From Octopus sinensis (lineage: Eukaryota): a stretch of 16,366 nt of DNA. Shown here in pieces: positions 9,469 through 16,366 of the stretch. Where the stretch lies: NCBI RefSeq assembly GCF_006345805.1, contig NW_021825183.1, positions 1 through 16,366 of the forward strand, read 5' to 3'. The position numbers were made by a program, and so were the translations under genes. The notes under the pieces were generated by a model. The model searched no databases. It was not told the origin of the DNA and worked only from the letters and a program-made list of their open reading frames with translations. Position 1 is the stretch's first letter, and the number at the start of each line of letters is the position of its first letter.

Positions 9469-9506
9469 GTTAGCAAGCTACTTACCACACAGCCACTCCT
9501 GCGCCT
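9469..9506 (-). mobile_element. 5' head (A box) of the SINE B copy at 7181-7580
   Basis: Minus strand reads aggcgcaggagtggctgtgtggtaagtagcttgctaac, matching the uninterrupted head at 15590-15630; A-box-like TGGCTGTGTGG at 9485-9495. Confidence 0.92.
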
Positions 9507-9589
9507 AAAAGTCTGCAGATTTTTCATTATTGTGGCATACATTTTGTCGTATCTTGGGAAGGTCACTATGCCAATAACAGATTCATATA

Positions 9590-9680
9590 TTAAGAACCAG
9601 TCAAGTACTGGGATCGATGTGATCAATTGTCGACCTCTCGACAATAATCCAGGCCTTGTGCCTATAGTATAAAGGATTAT
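9590..9680 (+). mobile_element. SINE family A 3' fragment
   Basis: ttaagaaccagtcaagtactgggatcgatgtgatc...ccaggccttgtgcctatagtataaaggattatt, homologous to 3249-3340. Confidence 0.8.
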
Positions 9681-9703
9681 TATTGTTGTTGTTGTTGTTA
9701 TTA

Positions 9704-9754
<51 letters not shown>

Positions 9755-9785
9755 CTATATTATTATTATTATTATTTTATTATTA

Positions 9786-9852
<67 letters not shown>
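9677..9852. repeat. (TTA)n microsatellite (expanded SINE tail)
   Basis: Directly visible. Confidence 0.97.
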
Positions 9853-10371
9853 GAGTGTGAGAGCAATCTGACACTGGGGTAAAATATACGAAGCCTGGTA
9901 TACCCATCATGACTACCTGTCTGATAAGGGTACACTAGGCACATGCATCACAACCATATGTACACGACATGGTGATCTCATATCAAGATAAGCAGCACAT
10001 GACCTTGCAGGTAGGGCCCAGTTAGAATTTTCTTCTGATCGAGTAGCCCATCCCACTCAAAAGGTCCCTGAATAAGGGTTGTTCAAGGATGTTGAACGAA
10101 ACACCCATGTTTCCAGAGGTGAATTATTCAAACCCCAAAGAATCCCTCTCAACACATGGTTATGATGCTCCCGAATTCTGCTCATATCGTCAGCCACTAA
10201 GGGACATGCTCAACTGGTTAAGGTCAAACAACTGACAAGCAAATCAGTATTGAGCAGAATATTTGCTGTAGCCCATCTTTTATAACAAGACAAATCAATG
10301 TACGTGATAACACTTCCAATCAGTTAAGATCAGAAGCCACGAGAGCCACTGCCTGGTGCTGCATCAGGGCA
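9853..10371 (-). mobile_element. Unclassified ~520-bp non-coding interspersed element embedded in (TAA)n
   Basis: Sharp-edged, more GC-rich block between two (TTA)n tracts, with no long ORF and no TIRs. Resembles a repeat I recall as common in octopus sequence. Orientation inferred from ...ctcacactc-aataataat on the minus strand. Confidence 0.55.
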
Positions 10372-10379
10372 TACTGGTT

Positions 10380-10451
10380 CTTATTGTTATTATAATTATA
10401 ATTATAACTATTATTATTATTATTATTATTATTATATTATTATTATTATTA

Positions 10452-10485
<34 letters not shown>

Positions 10486-10541
10486 GTTATTATAATTATA
10501 ATTATAACTATTATTATTATTATTTTATTATTATTATTATA

Positions 10542-10573
<32 letters not shown>

Positions 10574-10608
10574 GATTGTTGTTGTTGTTGTTGTTGTTGT
10601 TATTGTTA

Positions 10609-10650
<42 letters not shown>

Positions 10651-10667
10651 TATTATTATTATTATTG
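10380..10667. repeat. (TTA)n/(TTG)n microsatellite
   Basis: Directly visible. Confidence 0.97.
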
Positions 10668-10669
10668 TT

Positions 10670-10748
10670 CTCCCGTCGATATATTCTGAGTTCAAATTCT
10701 GTTGCGGTCTACTTTGCCTTTCATCCTTTCGGGGTCGATAAATTAAGT
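10670..10748 (+). mobile_element. SINE family A internal fragment followed by (GGT)n/(AGT)n
   Basis: ttctgagttcaaattc...actttgcctttcatcctttcggggtcgataaattaagt matches 3433-3500 and 3190-3254. Confidence 0.85.
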
Positions 10749-10770
10749 GGTGGTGGTGGTGGGGGTGTTT

Positions 10771-10801
<31 letters not shown>

Positions 10802-10819
10802 ACATCATTTTATCAAGTC

Positions 10820-10990
10820 ATCATTTTATCAAATGCAACAACATCCAACCTCCGAGCATCGATTACAGAATAACACAGGATTGTAAGATCCCACCAAGAT
10901 CTTATACTCGTTATTCTTAGTGACACCTTCTGGTTTATGCTCTTACTATTTAAAACTCCTTTTACGGCCGTACGACTCACACAATCGCCA
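10820..10990 (-). mobile_element. R4/Dong-like RLE-domain fragment, degenerate
   Basis: PEGVTKNNEYKIL / WDLTILCYSVIDARRLDVVAFDK, cf. PE.V.ENE..KILWDF.IQ.D..I.ARRPDIV..DK. Confidence 0.7.
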
Positions 10991-11224
10991 ATGAACATAC
11001 TTAGCTACGTTATCATGCCTACAGTCAACTAGTTAACCATTTAACCAATTAACTAATCAACTGCTTGGTTGATTAATCGTTCGGTTTATCAATCAATTAG
11101 CATAGTTCGTTAGAGTCCTTTCATCCCCATTTGCGACATCATCAACGACGTGCCCGCTCTGTTCCAGGACTGTCTGTTTCCTACTTTACAGATTCTATAT
11201 TTAATATTTATAGAGATAATAGTG

Positions 11225-12290
11225 AAAATTGTTGGCATATCTTTAATAACTACAGCAAAACTTATTTCCACTCATTTGCGCAATTTCTTTTCTCAGTTCC
11301 AGTCCATTATGTCTGGAGTCTTAAACAAACATTCTACGCACATTTCGATAGAAACATTCCACGGCATTCTTTTATAGTATGAGGGAGTATGCCGTCCATG
11401 TCGCTGTAACTTTATTTGTTTTGATCTTCGGAACTAGCCTTTGAAGGAATTGTATTGTATAATATTTTGCTTACAACATCATGGCTCATAGATAATATCG
11501 CGATGGCATTTTCGGATAACTGAATACAGTATGGATTACATTTTCGGTTTTAATTCTAGACTTTGTATCTAATGTGTCATCTAGGTGTCTCAATGGCATC
11601 TTTGTCCTTTTGTGCTTTTGGTATTTTAGTGCTATTTCCTGTTCTTGGGTTACGAAATCATACTTTTCAAAGTGAGATCTACTTTTCAAAGATAGACTTG
11701 TTTAGCTATCTTTCTTACTGTCGTTTAAAAGCTTTCTGACAACATAGCGATTAATGATTTTCTGGTGATTAATAGGAAATTTACCTTTTGATGTGCTGTT
11801 GAAGTAAAGCTGTTCAACTTCCTTAGGTGTACATCCTAGGTAATCAATCAAGCAATAATTCTGAGAAGCTCCTTTACAAATTTCATGACATTAATATCAT
11901 GCATGCAAATTTGATCCATGTCTCATAATATCCCTGCTGTTCAAGGAATATAATGCGACGTTAAAAGGCTGTTTTAATCGATATTAAACCTCTGCTGCCT
12001 TGCTTTTGTTTTAACTGTTGGCAATCAATATTATTATTGATGTGGAAATTTCTTATGGTTGAAAGTATTTTTCTTCTTTTGAAATCAATGTCTAAGATCT
12101 CATCTAGACAGCCATATATTTTTCATATAATTTTAATATTCAATGGTGACTCCTTCCTTGTTACAAGTGCCATTATTGGAAATATTTTGATCCGCCGCTA
12201 TGTATTTGTGGCTTTCCTTCACTGATACCGAAGTCAGGCCATTGTTAACAATTTTGTCATACTTCTTTATTATCATTTTACTATCAGGTA
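11225..12290 (-). mobile_element. Old R4-clade retrotransposon fragment (RT C-terminus/thumb, CCHC region, RLE start)
   Basis: In order on the minus strand: ESHKYIAADQNI..NKEGVTIEY*NYMKNIWLS; DIDFKRRKILS..NFHINNNIDC..KQGSRGLISI (cf. GGRGL); QEQEIALKY...ENVIHTVFSYPKMPSRYYL; SHDVVSKILY; WNVSI...TPDIMDW...VEIS. Confidence 0.8.
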
Positions 12291-12377
12291 AGAGTATTTA
12301 ACTTGTACGAGTTCCCTCGCAACTTCAAGAATATTGTAACTAGGTCAAGGCTTTTGCTAGATTATTCATATTTTTGT

Positions 12378-12585
12378 GGAGGCGCGTGGCTTAGTGAAAA
12401 GAGTGTTGGATTCATGGAGATTGTGGTTTTGATTCTTAGACCGGATGACGCGTTGTGCTATTGAGCGAAACACGTTGCTTCAGTTCACGCAGCTGATAAA
12501 AATGAGTAATCGTTTAACGGGCCGGCGACCCATCCAGGGGAAAATATATGCACCACGGAAACCAGGCAACTGGCTCTATGAGTCT
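12378..12585 (+). mobile_element. tRNA-derived SINE family C (CORE/Meta-domain-like), diverged
   Basis: ggaggcgcgTGGCTTAGTGa (A box), ggttttgattc (B-box-like), then ttgtgctattgagcgaaacac...aaaatgagta...cccatccagggg...gaaaccagg, resembling conserved SINE central domains. Confidence 0.65.
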
Positions 12586-12899
12586 TATCCTATTCATATT
12601 TCTGGTACATACCTTCAGGCCGTCCACAAAGAAGCCATCTGTCAAGTTGATGCATGCATATATGCAGGCATGTATACAAATGTGTATGTGGTAGCCAATT
12701 TTGTCATGATTCTGCATGGCATTTAACTGTGAAGAGACATTTTTCAAATAGGTTCATAAAAGCTAAAAATCACCTTCGCCTTAAGACTCACAGCCAACTG
12801 ATAGTGATACTCTTTATTAAGCCGACTTCCATTAAGTGTTAATAAGAATTGCAAACTTAAATCCGAACGGTTTTGCGTAGTTGACATCGTAGTCTAATC

Positions 12900-12945
12900 C
12901 AGGGGATCACAACTAACGGGCCGCAGACTAGCATTGGGCCGTAGA
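12900..12945 (+). mobile_element. Possible remnant of a hAT/Charlie-type MITE terminus
   Basis: caggggatcacaactaacgggccgcagact...gggccg resembles CAGGGGTC.CAAACT..CGGCCCGCGGGCC; the partner end was not found. Confidence 0.3.
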
Positions 12946-13017
12946 TTATTATTTTAAAATCTTATTTCTCTTTTATTGCTTATTGCAGGTTGCAGTGTGT
13001 TCTTGCATTATATCATA

Positions 13018-13401
13018 CTAGCAGTATCGCCCGGAGTTGCTCGGGTTTGTAAGGGAAATAACTATAAAGCATTTTTAGAGAGTTATAGCCAAAAAATAGC
13101 AAAAAAATGGAAAAAAAATTATGGTAATTTTTTTTGAGAGTTAAAAAGGTCGAGTTGCTTCCCCTAGACAGTCAGTGGTTTGTTTTTTCTGATTCTCGAC
13201 CCTATGTCGAATTTATCGATTTTTTTCAGAACTGGGGGAACTTTTCAAAATTTTCGCTGCGTTAGTTTTGAATTATTACATTGGGCTATGTGTGTGTCAA
13301 GTTTCATCAGAATCGGTTGAAAGCCGCGGTCAGGGTGAGGGTACAACCTAACAGACACACAGACACGCAAACAGACAAACTGCCGTTTATATATAGAGAG
13401 A
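13018..13401 (-). mobile_element. Non-autonomous Helitron (384 bp)
   Basis: Minus strand: host A, then 5'-TCTCTCTATATATAAACGG, (TCTG/TGTG) microsatellite, ccgattctgatgaaactt, subterminal hairpin cccgagcaactccggg (13030-13045) and CTAG-3', then host T. No TSD. Confidence 0.85.
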
Positions 13402-13429
13402 TGTATTATACAAGTATTGTATCTTTATC

Positions 13430-13668
13430 TCTTACTTTATTATTTGCTTCAGTCATTAGACTGTGGCCATGCTGGGGCACTGTCTTTAAGAATATCTAGT
13501 CGAAGGAATTGACCTCAGTACTTATTTGTTTTTTGCTAATTTTTTCTTTAGTATAGTAATTGTTCGATCGGACTCTTTTGCCGAACCGATATGTTATAGG
13601 GACGTAACACACCAACACCGGTTGTGAAATGGTGGTGTGAGTAAACACACATACACACGCACAGACTT

Positions 13669-13705
<37 letters not shown>

Positions 13706-13730
13706 TATATATGCGACAGGCTTCTTTTAT
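13430..13730 (-). mobile_element. SINE family B, diverged 3' half
   Basis: ttcagtcattagactgtggccatgctgg...ctcttttgccgaaccg...(CA)n...cgacaggcttcttt, homologous to 7205-7455. Confidence 0.88.
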
Positions 13731-13752
13731 TCAAATTGCTTTTACGAATTGG

Positions 13753-13875
13753 ACCACATGGTTCTTGGTTCAGTCCCACTGCGTGGCACCTTCGGCAAAT
13801 GTCTTCTACTATAGCCTCGGGCCGACCAAAGCCCTGTGAGTGGATTTGGTAGAAGGAAACTGAAAGAAGCCCGTC

Positions 13876-13946
<71 letters not shown>

Positions 13947-14184
13947 TGTGTGTGTGGGTGTATAATGTTTCTGTCTGTGTTTGTCCCCCCAGCATCGCTT
14001 GACAACCGATGCTGGTGTGTTTACGTCCCCGTAACTTAGCGGTTCGGCAAAAGAGACCGATAGAATAAGTACTTGGCTTCCAAACAATAAGGCCTGGTGT
14101 CCATTTGTTCGACTAAAGGCGGTGCTCCAGCATGGCTGCAGTGAAATGACTGAAGCAAATAAAAGAGAAAAGAGAAAGAGTAAA
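13753..14184 (+). mobile_element. SINE family B lacking the A box
   Basis: accacatggttcttggttcagtccc...internal (TA)n...aaatgactgaagcaaataaaagagaaaagag tail. Confidence 0.93.
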
Positions 14185-14479
14185 CCGAATTATGTGGAGT
14201 TTTTTTGTAAGACATGGGTTACTGTACGTTAAATCGAAACTTCTATAAAGATACTTAGTGTATTTATTTATACATCTCAGGATGTCGAAGGAGCTAAGTA
14301 GTTTTAGAAAGCGACGTTGACTGAATGACCAAGTGTTTGTGATATTTGGCGGTACTAGTCACATGATCAACTAATGACGTAGGATACTGTTCAAATCTTT
14401 TCTTTCAACTCGTCGATTAGCAAAGTCTGATTGGAGGAAAAGTTGTTGTTATACAATATACCTACATTAGATTTTATCT

Positions 14480-14569
14480 AATACAAACACATGCATATGC
14501 AAACACAAATACATACCCCACACACATATGTGCGGCTATATCTATCTCCCTGTCCTTCTGCGTCTCTCT

Positions 14570-14608
<39 letters not shown>

Positions 14609-14638
14609 ATATATATATATATATTATATATATATATA

Positions 14639-14687
<49 letters not shown>

Positions 14688-14736
14688 GAGTGAGAACGTC
14701 AACTTTCAGCTATATATATATATATATATATATATA
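14480..14736. repeat. Compound (CT)n-(TA)n-(GA)n-(GACA)n-(TA)n microsatellite
   Basis: Directly visible. Confidence 0.93.
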
Positions 14737-14931
14737 GTTGAAATTTACAGAAAAACAAAAGACTAAGCCAGGTGTATGAGCTACAAGCAGGTGAATTAGT
14801 TTGACATTCGGGAAAGTGAGAAAGTATTTTACGTTTCGAGCCTACGCTCTTCAACAGAAAGGAATACGAGAAAATAAACAGAGAGAGAGAATAAAGTAGA
14901 TTTAAGAATCAAGCATGGCGACTATGGTAAC
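14737..14931 (-). mobile_element. Short Penelope-like pLTR cassette inserted in (TA)n
   Basis: 195-bp block bounded on both sides by pure (TA)n and containing a minimal hammerhead motif. Confidence 0.6.
14824..14867 (-). ncRNA. Minimal type I hammerhead-like motif with variant core
   Basis: Minus strand: gtattcc-ttt-CTGTTGA-A-gagc gtag gctc-GAAA-cg-TA-aaa-tac: perfect 4-bp stem II, palindromic ACGT stem III, GUA triplet; core A6>U. Confidence 0.6.
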
Positions 14932-15131
14932 TATATATATATATATATATATATATACATACATACATACGTGCACATATATTTATATATATATATTTAT
15001 TTATGTATATATATATATATATATATACATACCACACACACACATATATATGACATATATGCGAATGCGTATGTTCGTAAGCGTGTGTGTGCGTATGTGT
15101 ATGTATGCATGAGTCTGTGTGTGTGCGTGCG
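14932..15131. repeat. (TA)n/(TG)n compound microsatellite
   Basis: Directly visible. Confidence 0.92.
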
Positions 15132-15469
15132 TTTAAATTGAAATATTACTCATAAATTAAATATGCATTATGTATTCAGAGCTAAAGTTCTAATATAGAC
15201 GATATCCCAGATTACATGCAACACTTTGAGATCAAGAAGAACAAAAAAGTACACTGCCCTGTCAAGAACCATTTAATCTGACGTAAACTCAGTCACTGTG
15301 TTACCGATAACACAGCAGCCCACTTCCGGCGGCGATTATTCTCTTTATAATGCCTAATGCCACACAATGTTAGTGTCGCTACATGTATGTGTATGTGTGT
15401 GTGTGTGTGCATAGTAAGATTACAATTAAACCAGTCTGGTTTCGGTTCTAAGGTTAATCGTGTCATGTG

Positions 15470-15541
15470 TGTGTATACATTTACACACATTCATACATAA
15501 ATACATACAAACATGCACACACACACACAAACGCACACACA

Positions 15542-15589
<48 letters not shown>
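15470..15589. repeat. (CA)n microsatellite
   Basis: Directly visible. Confidence 0.93.
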
Positions 15590-15590
<1 letters not shown>

Positions 15591-15983
15591 GACTGTGTGG
15601 TAAGTAGCTTGCTTCCCAACCACATGGTTCCGGGTTCAGCCCCACTGGGTGGCACCTTGGGCAAGGGTCTTCTGCTATAGCCTCGGGTCGACCAAGGCCT
15701 TGTGAGTGTATTTCATAGATGGAAACTGAAAGAAGCCCGTCGTATATGTGTGTGTGTGTGTCTGTGTGTATGTTTGGGTGTCTGGGTCTGTCTCCCCACC
15801 ATAGTTTGACAACCGATGTTGGTGTATTTACTTCCCCGTAAATTATCTGTTCGACACAAGCGACCGATAGTATAAGTACTAGGCTTACAAAGAATAAGTC
15901 CTGGGGTCGATTTGTTCGAGTAAAGACGGTACTCCAGCATGGCCACAGTCAAATGACTGAAACACGTAAAAGAATGAAAGAAT
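15590..15983 (+). mobile_element. SINE family B, near full length
   Basis: tgactgtgtggtaagtagcttgc (A box), gggttcagcccc (B box), internal (TG)n and aaaagaatgaaagaat tail. Confidence 0.93.
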
Positions 15984-15990
15984 ATATAGA

Positions 15991-16078
<88 letters not shown>

Positions 16079-16200
16079 GTACATACATACATGCATGCAT
16101 ACATACATATATACATATATCTACATACACACAGAGAGAAACATACACATCACACACATATATATGTGCGTGTATGTATGCCTGGATATGTATGTATGTT
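15984..16200. repeat. (TA)n/(TACA)n compound microsatellite
   Basis: Directly visible. Confidence 0.93.
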
Positions 16201-16304
16201 ATGTAAGGGAGTATAATGTGAGTGTGTATAGAAAAGGTGAAATCGTGCGTGTTTCAGAGAAAAAGATAATTCGACAGTCGAATAGACAGCGGGTAGTAAT
16301 AAGG

Positions 16305-16335
<31 letters not shown>

Positions 16336-16366
16336 ATATAATATATATATATATAAGAATGAATGT

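Noticed and set aside
10186-10193. CTGACGA on the minus strand as a hammerhead core
   Set aside because: No stem II-GAAA-stem III arrangement follows.
13304-13310. CTGATGA on the minus strand inside the Helitron
   Set aside because: Runs directly into aactt with no stem II; part of the ccgatt.tgatgaaa Helitron motif.
14260-14380. Very old minus-strand SINE A remnant
   Set aside because: Similarity too weak to support by eye.
15590-15660. tRNA gene (also at 12378 and 3363)
   Set aside because: A/B boxes are present, but the sequence continues into SINE bodies repeated in the window; no complete cloverleaf.

Overview
AT-rich, repeat-saturated eukaryotic non-genic (intergenic or intronic) DNA. 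The SINE families and microsatellite landscape look like Octopus/coleoid cephalopod (recognition, not a search result). I find no supportable host gene, and most listed ORFs are microsatellite artefacts. The window is a nest of mobile elements: a CR1/L2-like LINE fragment, four minus-strand R4/Dong-like (RLE-endonuclease) fragments mostly tied to (TAA)n, a fossil hAT transposase, three tRNA-derived SINE families, a non-autonomous Helitron and an unclassified 0.5-kb element inside (TAA)n. Two things stand out. (1) A 1.9-kb apparently complete ORF1-only (HAL1-like) L1/Tx1-type retroelement at 7581-9468 has a 15-bp target-site duplication and splits a SINE between its Pol III A and B boxes. (2) Three unrelated short cassettes next to (TA)n each carry a type I hammerhead-ribozyme fold (1547-1597 near canonical; 5708-5752 and 14824-14867 variant or degenerate), suggesting Penelope-like or retrozyme elements.
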